Positions 34,830 through 44,363 of a stretch of 64,000 bases of DNA are shown here, in pieces. The notes under the pieces are model-generated. The model was not told the origin of the DNA. It did not search any database and saw nothing but the letters and a program-made list of their open reading frames with translations. The stretch comes from an uncultured Myxococcales bacterium (lineage in GTDB: Bacteria > Myxococcota > B64-G9), in the NCBI GenBank assembly GCA_964633205.1, contig CAZWFN010000013.1, positions 443 to 64,442 of the forward strand. The letters are read 5' to 3'. Numbering within the stretch: the first letter of the stretch is position 1; each line of letters opens with the position of its first letter. The translations under genes were made by a program, and so were the position numbers.

Positions 34830-35798
34830 TCAGCGCTGCACCGCGGCCGCCCGCCGCACCAGCTCGTAGGCCTTGTCGCGCTGGAGTTCGCCCAGCCGCT
34901 GCTGCTGGTCGAACACCGGTAGCCGGTCGGCCGCGTGCAGCTCGAAGGTGTTGAGCGTCACCGCCAGGCTGGTCTCCAACTCCAGGCGGGCCGGGGCCTC
35001 TTCGCTGCCGGCCGGTTCCAGATCGCCGCGGTCGATGATCTCGTCCAGGGTGCTGAGCTCGAGCACCAGCTGGATCCGCTGCGGGCCCAGCAGCTTCTCG
35101 GAGAATGCCCCGGCCGGCGCTGCCAATAGCTCTCGCGGTGTGCCGAGCTGGCGCAGCCGACCTTCGTCGAGCAATCCGATGCGATCGCCGAGCAAGAATG
35201 CCTCCGATACGTCGTGGGTGACGAACAGGATGGTCTTGCCCAGCCGTTGCTGCAGGTCGTCGAACTCGCGCTGCAGGCTGTTGCGCGTGATCGGGTCCAG
35301 GGCGCCGAAGGGCTCGTCCATCAACAGGATGGCGGGATCGGCGGCCAGGGCCCGGGCCACGCCCACCCGCTGTTGTTGGCCGCCGCTGAGTTGGTGGGCG
35401 TAGCGTCCGGACTGCTGCTCCGCGTCCAGGCCGACCATTTCCAGCAGCTCGTCGACCCGGGCTTCGATGCGCTCGTCGGACCAGCCGAGCAGCCGCGGCA
35501 CCACGGCCACGTTCTGGCGCACGTCGAAGTGGGGAAACAGGCCGGTGCCCTGGACGGCGTAGCCGATGCGGCGGCGCAGCTCGATGGGATCATGTCGGCG
35601 GACATCGGTGCCTTCGACCTCGACCTTCCCGGCGCTGGGGTCGATCAGCCGGTTGACCATCTTCATGGCGGTGGTCTTGCCGCTACCGCTGGTGCCCAGC
35701 AGCACCATCACCTCGCCCTGCTGGACCTCCAGATCGAGGTCCTGGACGGCTTTGACCCCCCCGGGGAAGGTCTTGCGGACGCCCGCGAACCGGATCAA
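34830..35798 (-). CDS. Opu-type ABC transporter ATP-binding protein with a C-terminal regulatory region
   Basis: Walker A 'GTSGSGKTT', signature 'LSGGQQQR' and Walker B 'ILLMDEP'. Confidence 0.9.
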   Translation of the reverse strand: MIRFAGVRKTFPGGVKAVQDLDLEVQQGEVMVLLGTSGSGKTTAMKMVNRLIDPSAGKVEVEGTDVRRHDPIELRRRIGYAVQGTGLFPHFDVRQNVAVVPRLLGWSDERIEARVDELLEMVGLDAEQQSGRYAHQLSGGQQQRVGVARALAADPAILLMDEPFGALDPITRNSLQREFDDLQQRLGKTILFVTHDVSEAFLLGDRIGLLDEGRLRQLGTPRELLAAPAGAFSEKLLGPQRIQLVLELSTLDEIIDRGDLEPAGSEEAPARLELETSLAVTLNTFELHAADRLPVFDQQQRLGELQRDKAYELVRRAAAVQR

Positions 35799-37093
35799 CG
35801 CTTGTTCACCTCGAAAACGCCCACCATGCCGTGGCCGGCGCCGAGGCCGCGCTGGAAGCTCAGCTCGATGTTGCGCAGCCCATAGCCTAGCTGCGGCTCG
35901 ATGACGTTGGCGCGCGGATCGCCCATCCGGAACCAGGCGCTGCCCTCGATGACCCGGCGCATGTCCTCCAGCGCCCGGCGCAGCGGCTCGGGGTAGGTAT
36001 TCGGGATGTCTGGCGGATCGATCAGCGTCTCGCGTTCTTCATCGTAGCAGTGCAGCAGATCCATGGTGTAGCGAACCAGGGAGTTCCAGGAGGCCTGCAG
36101 TTGCTCGAAGAACTCCGAGATGCGATCGAAGCCCTTGCGCGGCTGGAAGTTGAACATCAGCTCCTCGAGCACGGTCCGCTGGTTGTCCTCGTGCAGGCTG
36201 TTGACGACTTTGCGCAGCGGTTTGGCGTAGGGGTTGTAATCGCCGGTGTCCATATGGCGGCCGCAGAGCAGCGACCGGTCGAACAGCTCGCAGATCTTGA
36301 GCTGTGAGCCGGTCTTCTGCTCGACCCGCTTGACGATGCGTTCGACCTCTTCGCGGCTGAGCAGGCGCAGCTTCAGCCGCGACAGCTTGCTCGGGTGCGG
36401 GCGCCGGTGCGGCGGATAGATGTACGAGATCACGTAATCCATCCACTGCTCTTCGTCCAGCGATTCGTTCCACAGCGTCTGCCACTCGTAGGAGTAGCGG
36501 CCCAGCCAGTCGCCGACCACGATGGCCCCGTCCTCGGCGTGCTCCATGATATCGCACAGCAGGCCCACGGTGTCGTCTTCGCCCAGGTGCGACATGGTGC
36601 CGTAGGAGGTGAAGTAGACGTCGAAAGGCCGCTCGCCGTCGCGCAGCGGCAGTCCGCCGGCGATGTCGCCGGTTCGGAATTCGGCCTTGGGGTGGTCGCG
36701 CCAACGGCCCCGGGCCTGCTTGAGCAAGGGTTCGTTGAAATCGATGCCCACGTACTTGCCCAGGTAGTCCGGCAGCAGCAACCGGGCTTCGTCCTGGGCA
36801 ACCCCCGGCTGGCGCCGGCGCATCCGCAGGAACATCTCCAGGCCGTCACCGCTACCGCAGCCCAGGTCCAGGATGCGGCAGCGGCGCAGCTGGGCGATGT
36901 TGCGCTCGACCACGCTGGCCAGGTAAGGCCGCAGCGAAAACCGGGTCGATTCGTCTTCCCAGTACAGCCTGACGTTGTCGTACTTGCCGTCCAGGCCGGT
37001 GGAACGAACGTAGGTGCCGCTGGAGACCGCCTCGGAGTAAGCGCTGTTGCCTTCGGTCTCGATCTTCTTGACTTTCTTGCGCGGGGTCGCCAT
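35795..37093 (-). CDS. class I SAM-dependent methyltransferase with a long C-terminal extension; substrate unknown
   Basis: Motif I 'ILDLGCGSGDGL'. ATG 37093 is preceded by GGAGGAG. 432 aa. Confidence 0.7.
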   Translation of the reverse strand: MATPRKKVKKIETEGNSAYSEAVSSGTYVRSTGLDGKYDNVRLYWEDESTRFSLRPYLASVVERNIAQLRRCRILDLGCGSGDGLEMFLRMRRRQPGVAQDEARLLLPDYLGKYVGIDFNEPLLKQARGRWRDHPKAEFRTGDIAGGLPLRDGERPFDVYFTSYGTMSHLGEDDTVGLLCDIMEHAEDGAIVVGDWLGRYSYEWQTLWNESLDEEQWMDYVISYIYPPHRRPHPSKLSRLKLRLLSREEVERIVKRVEQKTGSQLKICELFDRSLLCGRHMDTGDYNPYAKPLRKVVNSLHEDNQRTVLEELMFNFQPRKGFDRISEFFEQLQASWNSLVRYTMDLLHCYDEERETLIDPPDIPNTYPEPLRRALEDMRRVIEGSAWFRMGDPRANVIEPQLGYGLRNIELSFQRGLGAGHGMVGVFEVNKR

Positions 37094-37106
37094 GGGTCTC
37101 CTCCTC

Positions 37107-37778
37107 TCATCCCTCCTGCAGGCGATGCAGCAACTCGAAGGCGTCGCGGCAGTGACCGTCGGCGCCGATTTTGTCGGCGAACTCGGCCGAGGTGGGCGCA
37201 CCGCCGATGAAGACCTTGACCTTGTCGCGCAGACCGGCCTTGTCCAGGGCCTCGACCGTATCGCCCATGTGGTGCATGGTGGTCGTCAGCAGGGCCGAGA
37301 GTCCGACGAAGTTGGCGTTGTTCGACTTGACCGCCTCGAGGATCTTGTCGGCCGGCGCGCTGACGCCGAGGTCGCGCACCTCGAAGCCCGATCCGCGCAG
37401 CAGAGTGGCCACGATGTTCTTGCCGATATCGTGCAGGTCGCCTTCCACGGTGGCGATGACGAACTTGCCCTTCATCTCCACGTCAGCGGCGAGCAGGTGG
37501 GGCTCCAGCAGGTCCATGGCCGAGCCGACGCATTCGGCGGCAGCCAGCATGTCCGGGATCAGGTACTCGCCGGACTCGTACTTGGCGCCGACATCCTGCA
37601 TGCCGGCGGTCAAACCGTCGACCAGGATCTCGCGCGCTGGGACCTTGGTTGCGATGGCCTTCTCGACCAGCTCGATCACCCCGGGCTGACCGCCCATGTC
37701 GCCGTCGAGGCCTTCATCTTCCTCGTCCAGCCGGCCTTGCACCACGTTCATCTTGATCTGTTCCAGCAGCTCCGACAT
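37107..37778 (-). CDS. B12-binding corrinoid protein (MtgC/MttC/MtqC-like)
   Basis: N-terminal helical cap plus the DxHxxG motif 'GDLHDIGKN', 'GLSALLTTT' and 'VFIGGAP'. Confidence 0.9.
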   Translation of the reverse strand: MSELLEQIKMNVVQGRLDEEDEGLDGDMGGQPGVIELVEKAIATKVPAREILVDGLTAGMQDVGAKYESGEYLIPDMLAAAECVGSAMDLLEPHLLAADVEMKGKFVIATVEGDLHDIGKNIVATLLRGSGFEVRDLGVSAPADKILEAVKSNNANFVGLSALLTTTMHHMGDTVEALDKAGLRDKVKVFIGGAPTSAEFADKIGADGHCRDAFELLHRLQEG

Positions 37779-37803
37779 ATCGTTCTCCTCTCTCTCATTG
37801 CGC

Positions 37804-39345
37804 TCAGGGTTGGAAGCGATCGGCTGGCAGGACGCCGGGGACCTGATCGCGGATTTGGTCCAGCTTCTCGGGCGGCAAGGGGTCTCCGCCGGCGGCCAGC
37901 AGCTCCTCCAATCGCTGCTGGGCCCGGATCATGACTTCGTCGCGCGGTTCGCTGGTCTCGAAGGCGTAGGGCGGGCTGACCAGCCCCTTGCGCATGGCCT
38001 TGCGGATGTGGCGGGCATAGAGCCGGGTGGCCGACTTCATGACCTTGCGCACCTCGCCGACGGCGTCCTGGGCGCTGTCGGCGTCGAACACCGGCCGGCG
38101 CAGGATCTGGCGCACGATGCCGATGTGGGCATCGTCCAGCACCGCCTGCAGCGGACAGAACACGTTGGTCTTGTCCAGCAGACCGAAGGCGTAGTGCACG
38201 TACTGGGCGCCCGATCCGGCCACACCCAGGTAGGGGAAGAGCTTCTCCACCGTGGCCTGCATGCCGGGTACCTGGGCATCGCCGACGCCGGCCGTGGAGT
38301 AGCAGGGTACGCCGTAGTGCCGGGCCATCTGCACGCAGTCGACGTTGTAGTGGATGAACTCGGGCGCGCCGTACAGGTCGTGCAAGGTGTCCAACCGGGC
38401 CCGCACCGGCACCGCACCGTAGAGCACGGGCGTGCCCGGGCGCACCACCTGGGCCAGGGTCATGCCGGCCAGGATCTCGGCGTTGATCTGCGCCACCATG
38501 CCCTCTTCCAGGATGGGCGCGGTGGAGCCGCCTTGCGGCGAGCTGGAGATGACCACCGGCAGACCGCGCGAGGCGATCGCGATCAGCTTCTCGGTGGTGT
38601 CGTCGACCATCTGCAGCGGGCTCTTGACCAGGCAGGTGATGAATGAGAGCACCGGGTTGCGTTCGAACTGCTCGGCGCCGCCGGCGACCAGCTGGCCCAG
38701 CTTGACCACGTCATCGAGCTTGTCCACGTTGGCCAGGCCGGCCTGGACGTGGCGGGTCATGTGGGTCAGCGCCGCCAGGAATACGTTGACGTCCTTGTTG
38801 TCGTCGTCGATGTCCTCGTCCTGGACGTTGACGTTGCGGATGTAGAAGTCGACGTTGTCCAGGCCGTTGCAGAGCTTGGCGGCCTGGCACAGCCGCTGCA
38901 GGCTGCCGCGTTCCGGGATGAACACCGGGTGGGTCAACCGCTCGTCCCCGTCGACGCGGGCGAACTCGGCCAGTTCCGAGCGCAGGAAGATGTTGGTCTC
39001 GGATCCGGTGCCGAAGTAGACCTGGGGCACCTCGGTGTCCAGCACCAGGCGCTGGCTCGGTTCGCGCGCCCCCAGCACCACCCGGCCCGGAACTCTCTCC
39101 AGTGCATCGTGGATGACTTTCTCCGGAAAGCGGATCTGCCAGGCCCGGGGTCCGCTCTCGGGTCCAGGGGTCACGCGGCAACCGGCCTCGTCGAGCAGGT
39201 CGGCCGCCCGCTCGTTCAGGCAGGTGATGCCCGGGTCGTCGAGGATGGCCATCGAGGCCTGGTGCAGGGCCGCGACCTGATCGGCGTCGATCCGCGTCTG
39301 CGGATCGACCAGGGTGCCGGAACGCATGGTCTCTGAATCGCTCAT
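37804..39345 (-). CDS. MttB-superfamily methyltransferase, non-pyrrolysine (paralogue 2)
   Basis: 513-aa uninterrupted ORF. MttB-family features such as 'SFITCLVKSPLQM', 'SSSPQGGSTAP' and 'YSTAGVGDAQ'. Confidence 0.85.
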   Translation of the reverse strand: MSDSETMRSGTLVDPQTRIDADQVAALHQASMAILDDPGITCLNERAADLLDEAGCRVTPGPESGPRAWQIRFPEKVIHDALERVPGRVVLGAREPSQRLVLDTEVPQVYFGTGSETNIFLRSELAEFARVDGDERLTHPVFIPERGSLQRLCQAAKLCNGLDNVDFYIRNVNVQDEDIDDDNKDVNVFLAALTHMTRHVQAGLANVDKLDDVVKLGQLVAGGAEQFERNPVLSFITCLVKSPLQMVDDTTEKLIAIASRGLPVVISSSPQGGSTAPILEEGMVAQINAEILAGMTLAQVVRPGTPVLYGAVPVRARLDTLHDLYGAPEFIHYNVDCVQMARHYGVPCYSTAGVGDAQVPGMQATVEKLFPYLGVAGSGAQYVHYAFGLLDKTNVFCPLQAVLDDAHIGIVRQILRRPVFDADSAQDAVGEVRKVMKSATRLYARHIRKAMRKGLVSPPYAFETSEPRDEVMIRAQQRLEELLAAGGDPLPPEKLDQIRDQVPGVLPADRFQP

Positions 39346-39361
39346 GGGGTCTCCTCGCCTT

Positions 39362-40183
39362 TCACTTGTTGGGCCCGCCCAGCAGCCCCTGGCGGTAGGC
39401 GCGGGCGTAGCGCCGGCAGTTGCGGTCCTTGCCGGCCAGCGCTTCGCCGATGGCCACGCCGGCGCGGATGGCGGAGTCGGTCGGATCCAGGATGGCGGCG
39501 TCGAGCCCGAACATCAGCGCGCTGATCAGAAAGCCCTGGTTGAGCTGCTTGCGAGCCGGCAGCCCGTGCGAGACGTTCGACAGCCCGAGCACGGTCTTGC
39601 AATCGGGCAGTCGCTGGCCGATGGCCCGCAGGCACTCGCAGGTCACCCGCCCCTGGCTGATGTCGGTCACCACCGGCATCACCAGCGGATCGAAGAAGAT
39701 CTTGCCGCCTTCGATCCCGCGCGCCTCGGCGGCTGCGAAGATTTTGTGGCAGACCGCGAGCCGGCTCTGCACATCGCGGGCGATGCCGTCCTCGTCCATG
39801 GCCAGCGCCACGAAAGGCACGCCGTGCTCGGCGACCAGCGGTAGGCATTTGTCCAGCGCCTGTTGCTCGCCTTTGATCGAGTTGAGCATCCAATCGCGCC
39901 TGCCGGCCAGGTGCTCGGCGGCGGCCTCCAGCACCTTGAGATCGGCGCTGTCGATGCACAGCGGCTTGTCGGTGGCATCCAGCGTCAGATCGATAAGCCA
40001 GCGCATGGCCTCGATCTCTTCTGCGGCCGAGCCCGAGCCGGTGCCCACGTTCAGATCGATATAGCGCGCCCCCGCCTCGGCCTGGGCGGTGATCAGATCG
40101 CGCAACCAGCCTTCGTCGCGCTGCTCGAGCGCGTGTTTGACCCGCTTGCGGGTGGCATTGACCTTTTCGCCGATGATGATCAA
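39362..40183 (-). CDS. methyl-corrinoid:tetrahydrofolate methyltransferase (pterin-binding MtrH/MtgA-like)
   Basis: TTG start 7 nt after AGAGGAGG gives 'MIIIGEKVNATRK'. Also 'YIDLNVG' and 'LGLSNVSHGLP'. Confidence 0.8.
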   Translation of the reverse strand: MIIIGEKVNATRKRVKHALEQRDEGWLRDLITAQAEAGARYIDLNVGTGSGSAAEEIEAMRWLIDLTLDATDKPLCIDSADLKVLEAAAEHLAGRRDWMLNSIKGEQQALDKCLPLVAEHGVPFVALAMDEDGIARDVQSRLAVCHKIFAAAEARGIEGGKIFFDPLVMPVVTDISQGRVTCECLRAIGQRLPDCKTVLGLSNVSHGLPARKQLNQGFLISALMFGLDAAILDPTDSAIRAGVAIGEALAGKDRNCRRYARAYRQGLLGGPNK

Positions 40184-40203
40184 GTGCTCGCCTCCTCTCG
40201 TGT

Positions 40204-41691
40204 TCAAATGTCCTGTTCGCGGGCCACGTCCGGGAACTTCGCCATCAGATCCTGCCGCAGCCCGGCATCGAGCACCCCCTTGGCCTCCTGGCCCAGGATA
40301 GAGTCGACGATGCCGCTGGCCCGCTCGAGGGCGGTCTTGGCGCCGCCCGCCTGCCACTGCTCGCGCTTGTCGCGGTCCGACAGCCGCGGCTGGAAGTGTT
40401 CCTTGCGCATGTGGCGGCGGGTGTGGCGGTTGGCGATGAAGTGACCGGCCGGGCCCACCTTCTTGATGACGTCGACGGCCAGGTGCTCGTCGTCGACCTT
40501 GATCCCCTCGACCGCGCGCATGGCCATGCCGATGATCTCGTCATCGACCACGTACTTCTCCTTGCAGACCGACATGGCGAACTCCATCAGCCCGGCCGCG
40601 TCGTGGATGAAGTCGCCGCCGGCCAGCGCCACCAGCAGGTTGTTGATCGCCGCTTCATAGCCGCACTGGGCGTCGATGGCCTTGGAGTCCGAGATGCCGG
40701 CGGTGCCGTAGTAGGGCAGCCGGTAGGCGTGGGCCATCTGGGCGGCGGCGGCGTTGATCAGGCCGGACTCGACCGAGCCGCCCAGGTAGGCCAGGTCGCG
40801 CAGGTCGGTCGATGCGGCCACGCAGCCGCTGATCACCGGCGCACCGGGCTTGGCCAGCTGGGCGGCCATGATCATGATCAGCGTGTCGCAGACCTGGATC
40901 ACCAGACTGCCGGCCAGCGTGATCGGCGAGGTGGCGCCGCACAGCGGCTCGCTCGGAACCGAGACCGGCAGGCCGGCCTCGACCACCTGCAGCATGAAGT
41001 CGCCGTACTTCTGGTCGAGCTTGAGCGGGCTGATGCCGCAGGTGATCATGGAGATGAATGGCCGCTCGCGCAGGGCCTGCGGCGAACCGGCCACCTGCTC
41101 GGCCATGCGCACCACGTCGCGGATGCCCTCGGTGGTGTAGACGCCGCCCATGACGTGCTTGGTGGTGTGGTTCAGCCCGGCGAAAAAGCGGTTGACGTCC
41201 ACGTGCTCGAGCGGCAGCTCGTTGGGATAGGTGGGCAGCACGATGAAGTGGACGTTGTCGAGCTTGTCGACCAGCCGGATGATGTCGATCAGGTCGCGCA
41301 GGCGGGCCGGCTGGCATTTGCCGGAGGGCGCGTCGTAGATGTTCAACGCCGTACCGCCGGTGCCCAGGTAGACCGCATCGGTGCCCAGCGCCAGGTTGTG
41401 CCGGTCCTTGCGGCCGTACAAGGTGATCTCCGACGGTGCTTGCTCGAGCAGCTCGAACAGCATGGACTCGGGGACGCGGACCACGCCACGCTCGGAATCC
41501 ACGGTGGCGTCGGATTGCTTGAACAGCTCCATGGCTTTCTCGGAGTGGACCTCGAAGCCCACCTCGCCGAGGATCTCCACTACGGATTGGTGGACCCGCA
41601 GCAGCTCGTCGTCCGACAAAGGCCGGAAGCGGGCCGATTGGGGGCCCCTTGGAAAACGCAGATCGGTGTTTTTTGAGGTGGTTGCATTCAT
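40204..41691 (-). CDS. MttB-superfamily methyltransferase, non-pyrrolysine (paralogue 1)
   Basis: ATG 41691 follows AGGAGGGAG. Uninterrupted 495 aa. 'ISMITCGISPLKL', 'PSEPLCGATSPITLAG' and 'YYGTAGISDSK'. Confidence 0.85.
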   Translation of the reverse strand: MNATTSKNTDLRFPRGPQSARFRPLSDDELLRVHQSVVEILGEVGFEVHSEKAMELFKQSDATVDSERGVVRVPESMLFELLEQAPSEITLYGRKDRHNLALGTDAVYLGTGGTALNIYDAPSGKCQPARLRDLIDIIRLVDKLDNVHFIVLPTYPNELPLEHVDVNRFFAGLNHTTKHVMGGVYTTEGIRDVVRMAEQVAGSPQALRERPFISMITCGISPLKLDQKYGDFMLQVVEAGLPVSVPSEPLCGATSPITLAGSLVIQVCDTLIMIMAAQLAKPGAPVISGCVAASTDLRDLAYLGGSVESGLINAAAAQMAHAYRLPYYGTAGISDSKAIDAQCGYEAAINNLLVALAGGDFIHDAAGLMEFAMSVCKEKYVVDDEIIGMAMRAVEGIKVDDEHLAVDVIKKVGPAGHFIANRHTRRHMRKEHFQPRLSDRDKREQWQAGGAKTALERASGIVDSILGQEAKGVLDAGLRQDLMAKFPDVAREQDI

Positions 41692-41769
41692 CGGTCCTGT
41701 CACTCCCTCCTGTGGTCGCATCACGTCTCGGGTTTTCCCGGCGCCTCGGCTTTCCCCCCGAGCCGGTGG

Positions 41770-43002
41770 TCAGGACTGCATGTCCACCGGAATCAGCTCG
41801 GGCTCCACGATCAATCCGTGGGCCTGCCGGGCGTGCTCGAAAGCCTGGGGCGTCACGTCCAGGGGACAAAAATGGTCGATCCCATCTCGGATTCCCTCGG
41901 CTTGCAGCGCCTCGGTCAGCAAACGCCGCGCCGCCTGGTCGACCGCCAGCGGATTGCGGCCGACCAGAAAGCCCAGCGAAGGGCAGATCGGTTCTTGCCG
42001 TTCGTCGACACAATCGCAGCGCGGGGTCACGTCGTACATGTGAGCGATGTGGACGAAGTCGTCCCAGCGGTCCGCCATCAAGCCCACCAGGTAGTCGACC
42101 ATCCGCACGGCCAGACTGTCGGCCCCCTTGTTCCAGTCCGACACATCGCGGCCCACCAGCTCGAGCGCGTCCTCGGGGCAGGCCTCCAGGCATTCGCCGC
42201 AACCGATGCAGGCGTCCTCGTCGAGCTCCGGACAGTCGCCGTCGATCTCTTCCAGGGCGTCCTCGGGGCAGCAATCGCAGCAGGCGGCGCAGCCCTGGCA
42301 GTGATCGGGATCGATGCGCGGGTGCAGGCTCTGGTGCATGGCCAGCTTGCCGTCGCGGCCGGCCAGGCCCATGGTCAGGCCCTTGACGCACAGGGCCAGG
42401 CCGCTCAGGCCGTGCAGCGTCAGGTGGGCGTGGTGCAGGATGGTCCCTGCCGCTTCGAAGCCGCCGGCCAGGTAGAAGCGATGGAAGCGGCCGCCCACAG
42501 CGCATTCGCGCACCACCTGCTCGTGCTCGAACTCGAACTGTCCGGCGACGGAGGTCCGGGGGCGGTCGAGCACCACGAACGGGGCCAGCTCGGTCCAGCC
42601 GCGTTTGCCGGCCAGCGCCCGGTAGGCCGCCGCCTCGGGGCCGTTCTCGCGATGGCCGCGGGGTCCCGAGTAGCAGACCGTGGTGTCGCCCACCACAGTC
42701 CGGTCGCAGCCGCGCCGGCGCAACCAGGCCAACGAACCGGCCAGCAGGGCCGGGCGCAAGGCGGTGTCCACCCGGGGCTCGCCGATGTGCACCTTGAGCA
42801 AGGCCGGAGCCCGCGGGTTCAGATCGGGAACCGCGTCGAGCACCTCGGCCAGGCTGCGGTCGAAGGCCTGCCGGTGCCGGGCATCGTCCGGGTCGAACTC
42901 ACCGCCGGCCAGACGCAGCCACCAGACCGGGCTGGTGGCCGGGCCGTCGTCGGTCGGCGCCCGCATCCAGTCGGGCGGGCGATTGTTCGCTTCGCGGCTC
43001 AC
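41770..43002 (-). CDS. DUF362-domain protein with an inserted 2x[4Fe-4S] ferredoxin module
   Basis: 'CQGCAACCDCCP' and 'CIGCGECLEACP', flanked by DUF362-like sequence. GTG start. Confidence 0.7.
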   Translation of the reverse strand: MSREANNRPPDWMRAPTDDGPATSPVWWLRLAGGEFDPDDARHRQAFDRSLAEVLDAVPDLNPRAPALLKVHIGEPRVDTALRPALLAGSLAWLRRRGCDRTVVGDTTVCYSGPRGHRENGPEAAAYRALAGKRGWTELAPFVVLDRPRTSVAGQFEFEHEQVVRECAVGGRFHRFYLAGGFEAAGTILHHAHLTLHGLSGLALCVKGLTMGLAGRDGKLAMHQSLHPRIDPDHCQGCAACCDCCPEDALEEIDGDCPELDEDACIGCGECLEACPEDALELVGRDVSDWNKGADSLAVRMVDYLVGLMADRWDDFVHIAHMYDVTPRCDCVDERQEPICPSLGFLVGRNPLAVDQAARRLLTEALQAEGIRDGIDHFCPLDVTPQAFEHARQAHGLIVEPELIPVDMQS

Positions 43003-43007
43003 GGAAC

Positions 43008-44363
43008 TCAGATCCTCTGGGCCTCGAGCAGGGCCGGGATGCCCCCGCGTTCATACACCGCCCGCGCCTCGTCGGCCGGGTTGCGGCCGCTGCGCAGCCG
43101 TTGCCGCAGCGGTGCCAGGTACTCCTGCTCGCCACGGCCGCGGCGTTTGAGGCCCTGCTCGGCCACGTCCACCAGGCGGCCGGCCAGATCGGCCAGCGCC
43201 AGGCCGTCGACCCGGCCCTGCAGCCCCTGCTGGCAGGCGGCCTTGCGGGCCCGCCGCAGATCCTCCCAGTCGTGGGCGCGCAGCTCTTCGCTGGAGGCGT
43301 CCAGCGCCTCGGTCAGGCCCAGCGTCAGCGCGGCGATGCACAGCAGATCGTCGGGGGGCTGCTGATCGTTGACCCGGTTCTCGAGCGTGTAGTAGCGCGA
43401 GATGCGGGCGTTGTACCAGTAGAAGGTGCCGTGTTGGTCGATGTCGGCCGGCTCCGGCCGCACCTGAATCCGGTTGCCGGCGCCGTCGACCGCCTCGGCC
43501 CGGGCCTGGCGGTAGTAGTCGAAGAAACTGTGGTAGCCGGGCAGGCCCAGCGGCTCGCCGTCGCGGCGGACGTAGACCGGCGACAGGCCGGCGATGGCGC
43601 GCACGTAGTCGGGAAGATCCGTGAAGGGCTGCAACGGGATGCCGTAGCGGCCGGTGCCCGGATCCCACCAGTCCCAGAACATCTCGCCGACGCACTTGTG
43701 ATCGGCGTCTAGCTCACCGCGCCAGATGGTCGAGTTGCCGGTCAGTGCGATCTGGGCGCCGGCGAAGCCGTTGAAGGCGTTGACCGCCGCCACCGCCTCG
43801 TCGAGGCTGACGTCGATGTGGACCTGGGAGGAGGCCGACACGGTGAACAGATGGACGTCGTCGCCGTCCTCCGGGGCGATGGCGTCGTTGGAGCCGAACA
43901 GATCGGCCCAGAAGGTGTTGCGGCTCTTCTTCATCTCCAGGTGCTTGCTGGGCGGGCTGATCGGCTGGATGCCGCTGCCCAGAAATAAATAGCCGCTCTG
44001 CTCCGAGTAGCGGCGCAGCAAGCCGCGCAGCTCATCGACCATCCGCTGGAGCTCGTGCAGGTCGGCCACGTGGGCCAGGGCGAACTCGGTCTTGCAGAAG
44101 CCGGTCTCGCAGCCGGCCATGGTGTCGTTGCAGGGGCCCGGGGTGCAGGCGCCGATCACCTTGGCGCTGGCGCCGTCGCAATCCGGCCGCCAGCCCTGCT
44201 GCTCCAAAAACTGCCACAGTCCCTGGATGCCGGCATCGGTGCCGGCCCGGCCCTGCTGATCGACGAACGGGAACTTCATCTCGGCGCCGACCCGGCGCTC
44301 GGGACTGCGTTTGGCGGTGGCCTGTTCAAAGCCGTTGACGAAGTGCTTCACGATGCGTTCCAC
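43008..44363 (-). CDS. glutamate-cysteine-ligase family 2 (YbdK/GCS2-like) carboxylate-amine ligase
   Basis: 'VGAEMKFPFV' and 'SSQVHIDV' resemble GCS2 motifs. 451 aa. The alternative GTG 44351 gives a GTGA overlap with proA. Confidence 0.55.
   Translation of the reverse strand: MERIVKHFVNGFEQATAKRSPERRVGAEMKFPFVDQQGRAGTDAGIQGLWQFLEQQGWRPDCDGASAKVIGACTPGPCNDTMAGCETGFCKTEFALAHVADLHELQRMVDELRGLLRRYSEQSGYLFLGSGIQPISPPSKHLEMKKSRNTFWADLFGSNDAIAPEDGDDVHLFTVSASSQVHIDVSLDEAVAAVNAFNGFAGAQIALTGNSTIWRGELDADHKCVGEMFWDWWDPGTGRYGIPLQPFTDLPDYVRAIAGLSPVYVRRDGEPLGLPGYHSFFDYYRQARAEAVDGAGNRIQVRPEPADIDQHGTFYWYNARISRYYTLENRVNDQQPPDDLLCIAALTLGLTEALDASSEELRAHDWEDLRRARKAACQQGLQGRVDGLALADLAGRLVDVAEQGLKRRGRGEQEYLAPLRQRLRSGRNPADEARAVYERGGIPALLEAQRI

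Noticed and set aside
37804-41691. Pyrrolysine (in-frame TAG) in the MttB-family genes.
   Set aside because: Both genes are continuous ORFs with no internal TAG. No pylT/S/B/C/D-like genes are present in the window.
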